A DNA stretch of 64,000 nucleotides from assembly GCA_038496445.1 (NCBI GenBank), contig JALMLS010000304.1, positions 434,001 to 498,000 of the forward strand. The letters are read 5' to 3'. The notes beneath the pieces are model-generated. The model saw only the letters and a list, made by a program, of their open reading frames with translations. It did not search any database and had not been told where the DNA came from. Positions 33,952 through 47,188 of the stretch are shown here, piece after piece. The DNA comes from Trichosphaerium sp. ATCC 40318. Its lineage: Eukaryota; Protista; Tubulinea. The first letter of the stretch is position 1; the number at the start of each line of letters is the position of its first letter. The translations under genes were made by a program, and so were the position numbers.

Positions 33952-34263
33952 AAATAGCCTCATGTAAGGTTTATGTTTCTCTCTGGTCTAATTTTAATAA
34001 AACCAACAAACATGTTGCTTAAAGTAGTTATTCAAGGACTTATCGGATCACGAACCAATGATGTTGAACGACATGGCATCTCACTCACCGACAAAAAGAC
34101 AATAAACAACAAGCTGTTGAGAATATGCTTTGTTTTCCTTTGGTGAGTTATTTTGCTTCCCAGTCAGAGCTGAATTAGTCATCAACTTTTCGGTTGTTTG
34201 TGAGGGTAACTTAACCCATACGAATTCGCAAGGTCTCACCACGCGCTCAGTAACAGTTTAGCA

Positions 34264-35329
34264 ATGAACGCCTTATGTTTTGACAAGTTTGGAAGCCCTG
34301 ATGTGCTGTACTACGGCAACGTGCCTAAGCCATCTCTTAGTTCGGTTACTACACCACACGTAGTACTCAAAATGACGCATATCGGCCTGAATTTCGCTGA
34401 TTGCTACAGAAGAAAAGGAAATTACCATCTTGTAGGCAAACCGCCCTTCATAGCAGGCTACGAAGGCGCAGGTACTAAATTACGCGTACTGACACAGTTT
34501 AACGGTTCTTGCAGGCTCTGTTGTTGAATCCAATGACCCATCGGTAAAACTAGGCACACGTGCAGCCTTTGCTGATGTACCTTTGGCAAACGCTGAATAC
34601 GTACTTGTACCTGTCGAAAAAGTACGTTAAGACTCTTTCAACAAATTCTCACTTCTTCACTAGCTCATCCCGCTTCCAGAATTTATACCCTCCGAGCAAG
34701 CCACAGCGCTCTTGCTTCAAGGCCTCACAGCGCAATACCTTACATCTGATTCTTATGCAGTCAGAGAGGGTGATACAGTGTTGATTCATGCTTGTGCAGG
34801 TGGTGTAGGCCAACTACTAGTTCAAATATGCAAAAATGTCAGAAAAGCAAAGAAGATTATTGGTTTGACAAGCTCCGCTGAGAAGGCTCAAGAAGCCAAG
34901 AGAGTAGGCTGTGACGAAGTATTCATATACGGTGATGATAATGAATGGGTTCAAAAGGTAAAAGATGCGTCTTCTGGTGGGGTAGACTGCGTTTTCGAGT
35001 GCGTTGGTATAACTTTAGCAAAATCATTCGAGTGCACAAAGGATTGTGGCACTGTTGTCTTCTTTGGAATGGCAGGAGGTGATCCTGCACCTGTAGATCC
35101 TAGAATGCTTATGGATACATCCAAAACGCTAGTTGGTGGTGATTTATGGAGTTATTTAGTATCATCAGAAGAAAGAAAAAAAAGAAGTGAAGAGCTGTTT
35201 TCTTGGGTTAAACAAGGATTGATAAAACCAAACATTTGCGCTCGGTTCCCATTATCTCAAGGTAAAGAAGCCCACGAACTTATTGAGAGTAGAAAGTCTA
35301 AAGGCAAAATTATCTTGACACTACCATAA
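34264..35329 (+). CDS. NADPH:quinone oxidoreductase (MDR / zeta-crystallin family)
   Basis: FGSPDVL, IGLNFAD.YRRKGNY, GYEGAG, LQGLTAQYL, VLIHACAGGVGQLLVQ, AHELIESRKSKGKIIL. Introns 34472-34514 and 34622-34663. Confidence 0.95.
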
Positions 35330-35548
35330 ATACAGTGCTTAACAGTCTGCCTTGATCACAGGTTGTTAACTGTTTTGTGAAGGCGTGTTGTTAGCGCTTA
35401 TGGTATGGACATTTATGTAAATCTTAGTAAAGGAAAGAAGGGCATTAATTTTTAAACTGTGACACGTGACAGCAGATTTTCTAGTTTTCGAGGTTTTTGA
35501 GGTTTTTATTTTCTTTTTATTTTTGTACATCTTCTCTTATACTACTAT

Positions 35549-38421
35549 CTATTTGCCATTACGCCTACTTGATTCGGTGACATAATATTTTTGTTTCTGC
35601 TACCTAACATACTTGTTTAATATAAAAAGAAAAGAGTGTGCTTGGCGACAGTACTTTCGATTGCTAAATACTTCGAAGTTCTTGGCATCTCGAGCAAAGG
35701 TTTCACATTCCTTCCAGCTTCAATGTCTATGTCTTTGTGAAAATGCATAATTGTAGCAGCTAGATGAGGTAAATCACCTTCCCACCAATAAGGGATTGGT
35801 ACTAAAGTAACACCTACAGCACATTAAAAGACAGCTTTCAGCCAAAAAAAACAAAAATACCCATCTGTTTCAGTACTTCCTCCTTTTCCACGTCCCTTGC
35901 TTTGAAGGTCATACTTGTGAATGTATTAGCGTAAACTTCGTGGTAATGATGCTCCCCTAAACAAAGAAACAAGTTATTAAAAAACAAACTATCTTAGGGT
36001 CAAATAAACAAAGAGGAATTACCTTGATACTCAAGAGCAAGACTATAAAGTGGTACAAACACATCAACTGTGAGCATGCTACCGTTCGATACTCTATTAC
36101 CTACACTATGCTCCTCAAGCACTTCAGAAGAAGGAAATATACACTGGCAAAGCATGAAGAGTCTTCGCTGTGTAGACATCTTTGTCATTGTTGTAGAGAA
36201 GTTGTTTACTCCCCAAGAAAGTTTAGGGTACATTGTTTGAAGTCCAGCAATTATATTCTTTTGTTCCGTCCCACTTCCAGCTTGTATCATCTGTTTTCTA
36301 GATATACGATACCTTATAAAATCACATCAGCTTAATGATTGTCTTTTAATTCTTTGAAGTACCATAGGGTGGGATCTCTGATTGAAAGCGTATTTTCTGC
36401 TTCTTGAAGAAAAGAAACTTGATTAGCTTCAATCGTCCAATATGATGTGGTGCGCTTCATTATGTTCTTAAAGCTATATACATCCCAAGGGAAGTCTGGG
36501 AACGTTGTTCTAAGAGCAAGAAAGACACTATCATATTGTTTTTGTGTTACAACACCATTGTGGGTCTTCATAGCATGTGCATTCTCCAAAGTCATATCAT
36601 ACCAATCATCCAGTGTTTTAAAACCAAAACTCTTTGCTAGCCTGTTATGTACGTTCCTTTGTAAGTCTACACTGTGCGTTTTGAATCTTTTCCTATATAA
36701 CGCACAGTTAGACAGAAATAGAGATACCTCGTTTCTCGTTTGATTTGAGCGGTTTAACTAGTAAAAGGAAAAAGACATACACAAAAAAATTCTCTTCTGG
36801 CCAAGCATGATTCTTGTATACGCCCTTTAATGCTCCATTAATAGTACCGCCATACCTTTGAAAGTCTTATTATAAAGATTATATTAAAATAATATACGGT
36901 AGGCTCTTATTAAAAGAAGAAAAAACGAAGAATAAAGTCACATACTTATTCATCATAGTCGCTCCACCAAGTTGCACTGCTTCTGCATTTGTAATACCTG
37001 ACCATTGATCCAAATGTTTAATACCAAGTGCCTTACTAGTATCCTCAAGCCACTTGACTTGATTTTTTTTCATATCCCAATAGCCTGTTGACGTTACATC
37101 GTGTTTGTAAATGAACTTATGTGAAATCCATCTTTTTTCAGGATAGATAGATAAAAGCGCTGCTTCTAAACTAAAATTGAACCTAGCAAATGATATTAAA
37201 CAACATAGAAAGATGATGACTAAAAAACAAGCCGCGTACTTTGCCATGACACCTCTGCCTCCGGCCAAGTATATGCTCTTCAGAGACACTCTATACCAAT
37301 CATCCAAAACCTTGATATTTAGCTTTGCACTAATTTCTATGTCAAAAAAAGCTCTTTTGTTTTCCTCTACACTCCAATGACCAGTTGGTGCTCGTCTAAA
37401 AGAAATTACCCACCACGTGTTAGTAAAAGTATTAGGATTACGTAAAATTCCAATCTTTCCATTTATACTCGGGGTAAATGCGTTGCAACACCAAGTGTAA
37501 TGCTTCTCTAACAAGAATAAAAGTTAGCTTTTAAAGAAGTAGGCAGAAATATCACGTGCTGACTTGGAGGTACTGTCATTGCCTTGTCAGCGTTTTGGTA
37601 TATCGCAGTTGTTGTGGTGGTATACCAATCATCAAGAGTTTTGATACCTAACCTGACTGCAACTCTAGAAAACCATCTCCTTTGTTCAGAAATATCCAAA
37701 ATAAATCTTGATTCCTCCCATGCATAGTTGGGATACACGCTCTGGAGAAGCCTGAATACATTTCCTGTATGTCTACAATATCACGTTAAATATATATATT
37801 GCATGTAGAGAACATACTTGAATGCCATCCGACCTACACCATCATAGACTTGTTTGTAAGTAATCGAATACCAGTCAGACAGAACTTTGACACTATGTTT
37901 TTCTCCAAGATCGTCTAGAAGCTCTCCCAAGTTTTCCATATTCTGCCAATACTTTTTAGGCGTTGATCTTAACAACTCAATAAGTATATAAAAGCAACGT
38001 TGGTGGAGACACTTTTTTTGACACTTGCCGAAATTTATCATTTTCCCACTTAAATTCGGGGTAAACGGATTCTAACGCCTTGTAAATAGATCCTTGGTAT
38101 CTAGTGCTCATCAGGTACTGTGTAAACAAATAATTAAGTACCTGTACATCAAAAATCGGCTGTTGTATTGCCAAACGTCCTTCCATGTGAAGTTGTACCA
38201 GTCTTTGAAGCTTCGTATACCCAGTCGCTCACCAACGCTGTTAAAAATTTCTCTGTGGTCATTTACATTGTCAGTTGCTGTTCCAACCTGTAGAGATCTT
38301 CGTGCAGCTATTACATCAGTCAAATTATGCCGTTAAATGTAAAAACACGAAAAAGCCCACCAATCGGCTTTATAGGTCTAAATAATGCTGTTCTACGCGT
38401 AGAGGAGCGCGTTACTATCAT
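35549..38421 (-). CDS. Trp-rich helical-repeat protein with C-terminal RAP/Vsr-like PD-(D/E)xK-fold domain
   Basis: About seven repeats of W....N...F......LGIK.LDDWY.IT......GG.....Y.GS...AL..VYPE..W...F. C-terminal LTVDVFVPLYSLALEYQGEHHY...RDVEK...GVTLVPIPYWW. 3' end approximate. Confidence 0.8.
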
Positions 38422-38665
38422 TTACAGAGCAAAAGCTACGACTTTGACTCATTTCCCCATGCTCTGACCTTTAACACATGGCTGCGCGCACTGATTATAT
38501 TGCACACTCAGTTATTAACTTAAAACTAACATTAAGCCGCTAACACTTTGACAAAATTATAGTTAATTTACATTAAACGTTTTGTTTGGTACAAAATCAA
38601 CAATCGAGCTCTCTTTCTAATTGCTCGAATGCTTGATCTCTTGTGGCAGGATTAGCAGCAGCTCG

Positions 38666-39976
38666 CCTAGCACAAAGATTAGAGTCTCAAATATACTACA
38701 AAGAGAACGAACCTGTAATAACACCAAACTTTATACGCGACAAAAACGATGCTACCAACGAGTATACATGTTGTGACTATTCCTGCCCACATCATCTCCT
38801 GACTTCTTGGTGCAACCATTATGGGACTATTAACCTCTGTTGGAGGCTCATCTATTAAGATGTAAGCAACAACCAAAAAGTTACAAGATAAATACCATGA
38901 CAATGACAAACACAGAGACCTGACATTCTAAACGCGAAATAAGTGCCATCACATATCGTATCTCGAGATAATTTTGACATGTGCTCTTCGTCTATTACCC
39001 AGTCTACTAAAGATAAACCTTTGGCTGAACATTTTCTATACACATAGATAAGCAATGAGTTCGCAACAACAAAATCATACATACACGTGACATTTTTGTT
39101 TAAAATCGGCTTTCGTCTTTTCTTTCGCCTCTTCTTCAGTACATCCTATATCAGCGACATTACCCAAAAAATGAGGTTTTCTACACTGTGATGTGTTGTT
39201 TTTATTGCAGTCACATGATGTCCAATCTATAAATAACTCTACAAAACAATTAACCGCATTTTTCAAATTTCCGATAATTTTTTTATGTTTTTGCAACTTA
39301 CCATTTTCTCGCTCTGGGTTGGCGAAAATAAATAATAGAGTGTTGAGACCAGCATGTAGTTGGGTCATATCAAAGAATACATCATCTTTCAAGCGAACCG
39401 ATTCGTTAGCGGCGTTTATATTTAAAAGTACATCAACATCGTTCTTTTGGAACCTTATAATAGGCACGTCGCACTCCTTTGCGTCGAATTCAAACTTGAA
39501 GTAAGTATGACCCTCGTGGAGTTTTAATTGTCCCTATGATTATACTTTGTAAGCTTCGGTATAATTTTACATGCATTCGCTTACGGATTGGGAACCTTTT
39601 TGTGCCGGTTTACAAAGTGGTCCTTTTGACTTTTTTGAATTGGGCTGTCCCTCTTGAGATTCTTCAACACAACTAAGCCATTGGCTAACGGCCAGTTCAT
39701 CAGCTAAATTAGTTAATGTATTTTATTCTAGAGAGCGTAATAATGTTCTACAACAAGCAAGAGTACGTGTAAAATTAAGAGTACAATTCTGTTTGGCGTA
39801 CCAGTATCAACTAAACCGAAATTATCACACTGTACCACCGGTTCGTTGGCATTAGAATAAGAATAGCTCGTTATATCCTCTGTTGGCGCGCTGGTAGTCG
39901 ATTCTACAGAAACTCCACCGCTTTGAGCACAAACTAACGCGATGCAAAAACACAGCACTATGATGCGCGAACGCAT
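38666..39976 (-). CDS. Type I membrane / cell-surface protein of unknown function
   Basis: Signal peptide MRSRIIVLCFCIALVCA, Cys-containing ectodomain, TM segment MMWAGIVTTCILVGSIVFVAYK. End approximate. Confidence 0.6.
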
Positions 39977-40177
39977 TGCTGGTCCTCGAGTACTGAAATG
40001 CGAAGTTTTTTGACAGAATAAGTTGCGTAATACTTGTTTGCAAAATGTCAACTGTTAGTGTCATGTATTAAAGCCGCATACGACCACGTTCAACATAGAC
40101 GAGGCGCAACGACAACAGATGGTAGCGATCTTTGTTAAGTTGTGTTTAATGAAAAACTTTGGTACAAACGGGTTATC

Positions 40178-41114
40178 ATGCAGAGCGACGAGGGTGAAAT
40201 AATGCTTATTAAGCCGACTAATGCTGTACACAGTGACACCTAATTAACCGTTAATGAAGTATAGGGACCAAATCAGCGTAGAAACCCTCCTAGGCGCAGA
40301 AGTACGCAATCAAATGATGTAGTGAGTGCATCCCAGAAATATTACCGCTAATTGGCTCATTCTAGGACATACCGCGCAAAAAACGCCGTAGGCTCATCAA
40401 AGAAACTGAAAAACGATTGGTGCGTATAATACCACAATAAAAAAAATCAATATCTATCCAAATATTTAAACACGATTTGTTCGTTACGTCGCTTTCTGAG
40501 GTCTCCACTTATCTGGTTGCTGAATAAGCAAAGAAAGGCTAAGCAGTCACCGCATGCAGACGAGGGAAAGTACCATCCTGAGGTGTAGCTGAAGAAGCTA
40601 TGGATAGCCAAAGGGCCAAATGCCGATTACCTTGGGCGTGTGAGACGGTTCTTTTTTGTTTCTACTGTTTTATTTTCTTCTCCATTAACAGCACTTTTCT
40701 AACATTGATAAGGAAAGTGACTATCTATCAAACGTATTGAAAGAGTTGAATACACTTCAGGATACACTGGAGCAGAATAAAAAATTAACGGCTAGAAACT
40801 CGACACTAGCGAAGGACAAAAAGGTGTTAGAGTCAGACAAGGCGACACTTACAGAAGAGGTAAGAAGACTGAAAGCAGAAGTCGAAAAACTACGAGTAGA
40901 AAACGACAAAGTGACCACAACTGCCGCAGCATTTGAAGCCTTGAAAAAAGAAAACAAGAAACTAAAAGAAGATAGCGCATTACTTCAACAACAGGCAACA
41001 AACTTTGCAACTTCTGTTAGCACCAAAGCTTCAGACAACGCAAGTTCAGTTCAAGAAATAAGCAAGAGGTTCATTGCTGATATAAGCGCCAATACGCGAA
41101 TTGTCAGCAATTAA
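40178..41114 (+). CDS. Coiled-coil protein of unknown function
   Basis: Last exon 40737-41114 has heptad-like LTEEVRRLKAEVEKLRVEN. Upstream exons inferred only. Confidence 0.45.
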
Positions 41115-41148
41115 CAATAAAACAGTAAACAAAGAGCTAGTAATGAAG

Positions 41149-42677
41149 TTATTTATCAGACGAAACTACTAATTGTTCAAATCTGAAATCTCTCCACCAC
41201 GTGAATTTATCGGCAAGGTTCATAAGTATTAACAATAAAAAGAAAGTAATGATGTAAGTCATAGAGGGGTCATCTTGCTTTCCCAGCTTTTCTTTAAGCA
41301 CTGTAATATTTTTTTCTGCTCTTGATAATTTCCTATTTTTTTCCTAGTTAACGCAATGTGTCAAAATGACTTATGTACCTATTTACAATTTTTGCGCGGT
41401 GTTCCACGTCAAGATGGCGCGTGAGTTCATTAAACAATTTTTGAGAGCTTGCCATATCGGCAAGGTACTCTAGAGTTATCTATTAGATGAAACTAATGAA
41501 GATGGAAAAATTTACCAGGTGGCTCTAAAGCCGCTAATTTCCAATTGACTAACTCTCGCAACCTGATTATCTCTGCTGATTTGAAGTAAATCATACCAGC
41601 TGTTATATCAGGACCTTGTAGGGTCTCCATAAAATTAGTGGTAAAAGGCGTGATTATCTCTTCTACTTGTTTACTAATAGAACGTAATTTAAGCGACCTA
41701 CAAAGTGTAAGCGTCCACTTATCGCCATGTGGTAATGCTATTTTAGGTTACCTCGCAAATGCGTGGGCACAAGCCAATTTATCTACTACGTTATCTGGAT
41801 TGGTTATCGTTATTATATCTTTACATGGATCAACTTTATATTGTTGCCCTATTAACAGTAAAAAATCAGGAGTAGTGGCAGACATACCAACTTGGAATGA
41901 CATGCTATCGTCTAAGGCAGAGTCAAGTGTATCAAATTCTGCTTTTCTTAGTGTCTGTTGCACTCCATTTATATCATCTGTAGCTCTACATTAGGAAATG
42001 TGTTTGCAAAGCAACAAGAGTACCTGCTGAGAATTCTCCCCATCCAACAACTACGCCTTCTTCAAAGAAAAATAGATCCTTAACGTCTTCTTGGGACCTC
42101 TTAGCAGGATGAGACCAAGTACCCACAACAAAATCTTACCAGTCGTGCCCAATCCGGTGCGTTTGTTAAACTTTTGGATAAGTCAAACGCTTCGGAGTCG
42201 ATACGCATGTGAAGAACTGCTGTATCACCAGACTTGCTTTTTAATACTCTACCAGGTGGTTTTATGCCAAATAAATCGCCCCATGCCTTTACAAAGTGTC
42301 AATTAAACATTGTGGAGGTCATCATTTTACTTGAATTTTATCTTGGTTGTAGCTCTCAGCAGTTGCGATGGCAAATACTTGGTTTTTTGCCTATTTAACG
42401 TTTAACATTCTATCATACTCTATTTCTATACCTCAAACTCTTTTTTGGTTGTTGTACGCAGCAATTTTTGTATTTCTTCCTTCCGTTTGTCGTTGGACCA
42501 TTTTTTTTCAATAGCTTCAGCCGCTGAGCTAGTTTTCGCTAAAGCGGTGTCTAGAGAACTGTACAAACGTAATCTACGCGTAACAGGCAAAGTACTGCTA
42601 ACATTACGTTTTTCTCTGTGTGTGTTACAAACCGCTACTTTTTGAGCTCGGGCGCTACACTTGGACCATAAGTACAT
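41149..42677 (-). CDS. RMD1/RMND1 (DUF155) family protein, probably mitochondrial
   Basis: LFFFEEGVVVGWG, DKLACAHAFARSLKL, LFNELTRHLDVEHRAKIVN.KL, C-terminal TM YIITFFLLLILM; Arg-rich N-terminus. Confidence 0.75.
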
Positions 42678-42746
42678 CACAGAAGCATTCTTTCGGTTTT
42701 TTGCTAGTGATGAAAAAGTCTGCTATAGTCGCATTGTTTATCTCCA

Positions 42747-45192
42747 ATGGCGTCTCTACTCACACGAGGTGCTAGATTTGCACGTTGCGCGCAATATAAG
42801 CGTACTAATGCTAAAACACTCACAAGCGTACCAAAGAGATCCCTGACAATTGGTAAAATACTCCAGGCATCACTTTACTAAGCTTTGTACAGACAAAAAA
42901 ATTCCAGAGGTTATTGTAAACCAAGACATCGCTGAAAGTGAAGCACCATTCGTAGTAGAGCTCCTTACAGAAGAAGCCGCAGAAAACTACCCAGAGCGTG
43001 ATGTAGACTATCCTGCTGAGGATTTTAGTGGAGCAATCGATGAATCGCTTCTATTGTACACCACGGCCAAGTACGAATGATAAAATAGCGTTTTAATCAG
43101 ATTCTCAAATGAAAACTTTGCTTTTTTTTCAACTCTGCCTGACACGCTGCAGACACCGAAAACTCTTGGTTGGAATGGGTAAAGGTGATCAAACAACTAC
43201 AAGGATTGTAAAGAAAGCAATAAAGAAAGCAATGGAGGTTGCAACAAAGCACAAACAAAGAGACATTTTATTTAAACCTTCGACTGATAGTACGCTGCTT
43301 TCCTTCTATATGGCAAACCTAATATACTGTTAGCTTTTAACGATTCTCTATTGGCCAACTATGATTTTTACAAGCTTGCTACAAACGTAGCCACACAAGA
43401 ATCATACAAATTTGATAGATACATCACAGACAAGACCAAACAAGTACACTTTTTTTACGTTTTTTTCAGAAAAAAATCATTACTACGCTTGTTTTCTCAA
43501 TTGTAAGCTATAGCATACACCACTCAACTCTGTTTCATTTATTCCACCATCTGATATTGACGGTAAACAATCTGCTGTGTACGTTACTGTATTATTCTTT
43601 AACTTCGCTTGTGCAAGCGCTAATTCCTATCAAAGGTACGAGAAAATGGCTAAGAATGGTGCTATCTATGGTGCTGCTACAAACTACGCCAAAGAACTTC
43701 AAAACATTCGATCAGATGTTGCTACACCGGAATTTTATGAGAAGGAATGTGAGAAATTGTGCGCTGAAATGCCAAATTTGAAAATGAGAGTTTTGGACTA
43801 CGATCACTTGAAGGACGAGGTGCGTTGTACTAACAGTTTGAAAAGTTCTCAATACGAATACGTATATCTGACCTTATTCCACTAAAGGGATTCAACCTCA
43901 TCTGTGCTGTTGGTCAAGCTGCAAAATCTAAACCACGTGTACGAAATCAACTCTATTCTTGTTAATTAATAATGATGTTAAAACTAGATTGTTATATTGG
44001 AACATAACGTATCAAAAGCCAATGAAGAAAACGTTGTATTAGTAGGAAAAGGTGTAACTTACGATACTGGTGGTTTGAACCTCAAACCAACCAAGGTACA
44101 CGCCTTTTAGTCCTTTTTTCCAAAGCTTGTTTACTCATACTATTCCAGTTTATTGAGGAGATGTACATGGACATGAGTGGCGCTGCTCTCGTAATGTCTA
44201 CCATGTATGGTATCGCCAAACTCGGTACTACTTTTTTTAATGCTATACTTCTCCTGTGTTAACTTTATTTACTTAGAAGCACCAATGTCTGTTGTTGGTG
44301 TCCTTTGCCTAGCAGAAAACGCTATTTCTGCTGAAGCTTACCCACCTTCTGCTATTCTTAAATCCTACCAAGGAACCACAGTAGAGGTTGGTAACACAGA
44401 TGCCGAAGGCCGTTTGGTCCTTGCTGACGGTTTAACATACGCTCAAGAAATGTACAAGTACGTCAAATACCTTAGTTATGCTATAAGTCACTAAAAAATC
44501 AATAGACCTAGCGCTATTATCGATGCTGCTACACTCACTGGAGCTTGTGTTCATGCCCTAGGCGAAGACATGGCAGGTATGTAGCTGGGTTGTATTTCAA
44601 CTTGTTTGCTAAAAGTTTCCTTAGGTTACATCACAAACGATCAATTATTGGGTGGATTTGTAGCTGCAGCTGCAAAAGTCAGTGGTGAAGCAATTTGGGA
44701 GGTAATGTCGACTTTTCATTTAATTCGATGCTAAAACCCTTTATTAAACAGTTACCACTTACACACGCTCACTTGGATGCTATTAAATCGAAACACGCCG
44801 ATATCAACAACATTGCCAAGGACTACAAAGGTGCTGGCGCAAGTATTGGAGCAGCCTTTTTGAGTGTACGTCCTTGCTCTACAAGAAACTATCTTTTACC
44901 CTAATCACTTGTATAGAAATTCATCAGGCCTGAGACTTCATGGTGTCACTTGGATATTGCTGGACCTGCAATGGGCAAAGAAGTACGAACCAAGACGATT
45001 TGCTTGTTTTACTTTGTAACTATGTACTAATACGCGTTTTTATAGGGCGGTACTGGATTCGGTACTTCACTTACGATGGAGTACTTGCTACATGGACAAA
45101 CACGTAACGTTGGAGGAGCTGTACCAGAACCAGAAGATCCTGGTGTACAAGGATTGTTCTCAGGATTCAAAGGAAACATCAAAGCGGATTAA
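42747..45192 (+). CDS. Leucyl aminopeptidase, peptidase family M17
   Basis: [64 protein letters not shown]. Confidence 0.96.
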
Positions 45193-45371
45193 TTTGTTTG
45201 ACATGTTTTTTTGTCTCCGGACTTTGTCTGGTTAATAAACAAAGTGGTAGTATCCAAGGAAACAAGTTACAGTCGAATTTCTCGTTTTTTTGAAAACAAA
45301 AAAGGTGGATGAAAACGTGTTAGTTTTCTTATCTTCTCGTTAGATTCTAAACTCAAGCACAACTCTAGAGG

Positions 45372-45926
45372 ATGAAAATAACATTGTTTATATCATATGT
45401 ACTTATATTCGCGTTTGCGACAGCCGTCATTAGGGATGCTGCTGATAATATGTTAAATCCACCAAACACACCTCCACTATCATTATTTGGCTGTAATACC
45501 ACTATTGCTACCGGTTGCGGTATGGGTACTTCATGCGAGAGCATGGACGACGCATGTAATGTAGCGAGCGCTACGTCTCTTAAAACAATATTCAAGTACG
45601 CAATTAATCATAAACGATTATTTTATAAAACGCCTTTCACGTGCTCCTTTTTTACTTGTTTGTTAGTGTTTGTTCAAAGCTAGGTACACACAACAGCACT
45701 ATATGTCTTCCCGAGTCCGGTGAAGTCCCAGGGACCGCAATGCCTATATGTCAGAAATTCCCTCAAAAGAAAGAATGTATGTACACAACACTTCCGAGAT
45801 AACGCCTTGTGGGTTTCTCTAATATTTTTAGTTATCCGTGAGTGTACTGATCACATTGGCTATGAGTGCAGCGTATTCTGCCAAGGGAGTTGCTACGAAC
45901 TTGAAGCCACGATGATTTTCGCATAG
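45372..45926 (+). CDS. Small secreted cysteine-rich protein
   Basis: Signal peptide MKITLFISYVLIFAFATA. About 9 Cys over three exons (GCNTTIATGCGMGTSCESMDDAC; ECTDHIGYECSVFCQGSCY). Confidence 0.6.
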
Positions 45927-46047
45927 ATACAGCTTAGTCCACGCGGGGAACGAAGTGACGGTTCACACAAAAAGTTGCAAAAATAAATTTAGTCATAAAT
46001 CGTCTCCAAAGTTAAATTAGCTGGATATCTATTCACATATAAGGTGT

Positions 46048-47042
46048 ATGGGCGTACTTCAGTATATTACGTGGGTGTTTTTCGTTTTAGGCCTCCTTAC
46101 ATTATTCATCGAGCTTATTTTGAAGCCTATTCATAAGTGGTATACAAGCAAGCCTCTCAGCAAGGAAAATGGGACGTTAACGTTTACAACGTGACTTTAC
46201 GCGATAATCCTTTTTTAACAGCCCCTATAGACCCTTCGACGCGCCCACAACAAAGAAAATCACTCGTTGAGTCATTACAAAAGAATTTAGACAAGAACGC
46301 AGCAAACCATGTGGTAGTCAAAAAGGAGACCTACAGAAGCAAGCGAGCAAAGAGTATGTACAATTTGCAAACAATAACTGACACGTAAGCAAGAACTTGA
46401 AAAATGGAAAGCGGATATGCCATACGTTAAATTTGACGAAGGAGGGGAACGTTTAGGTGGTACTGCATCACAAGAGAGTGCTACAAGGTTAGTTTTTTAT
46501 AAAAAGCGTCATGTACTTACGGACTGATAGTATACGGAGGCGTAAGCTCGTTGCTGACCAAGATAAAGCGTACAAGCAATCTTTGGAGGTAGATAAGGCT
46601 AAATCACTTGAAGAAGAGCAAAAACGCGCAAAGATTGCGTCGTTTAAGGTCTGTCACGTGTTTTAAAAGAATTTTTTTTGTTGACACTACACAGGCTCGT
46701 TGTGAAGAGAAGCGTGCTCGACTTGGTCCTGAACTATCCGTTGAGGATGAATCCGCTTGTCCTTTGATCCTCAGGTATCCTAGTGGAGAACGTGCCATGA
46801 GGACTTTCAACAAAGATGATACTATTCAGGCAGGAATTCTTTTGAGTTTTTTTGTTTGACATAATTTAATTTAGGTTGTAAAAGATTTTGTTGAAGCCAC
46901 TCAAGGTTATGACATGGAGGAAAAATATGAACTCATGATGCATTACCCAAAGAGAGTTTTCAATGACCCTACAAAGTCCTTAGAGGACGAAGAGCTATTC
47001 ACGCGCACACGACACATTGTCTTTGTGCAGGAAAAAATGTAA
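46048..47042 (+). CDS. UBX-domain protein (p97/Cdc48 adaptor)
   Basis: Coiled coil LVADQDKAYKQSLEVDKAK followed by UBX LILRYPSGERAMRTF...ELMMHYPKRVF...SLEDEEL. Confidence 0.85.
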
Positions 47043-47188
47043 AGACATGTACAGTATATAAACCTTTTCTTATTGTAATACGAGCACATAAGAATTTCTC
47101 TTTTGTCCAAAAGGACCATACAAAGTATAGCGTCAGCCAACTTAAGAAACCTGTTAAGTTCAAACAATAACATTATTACGCAACAAGG

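Noticed and set aside
35760-36190. Nuclease-like domain as evidence of a transposon or homing endonuclease
   Set aside because: The gene has many spliceosomal introns, a presequence-like N-terminus and no terminal repeats or transposase/RT; it looks like a host gene.
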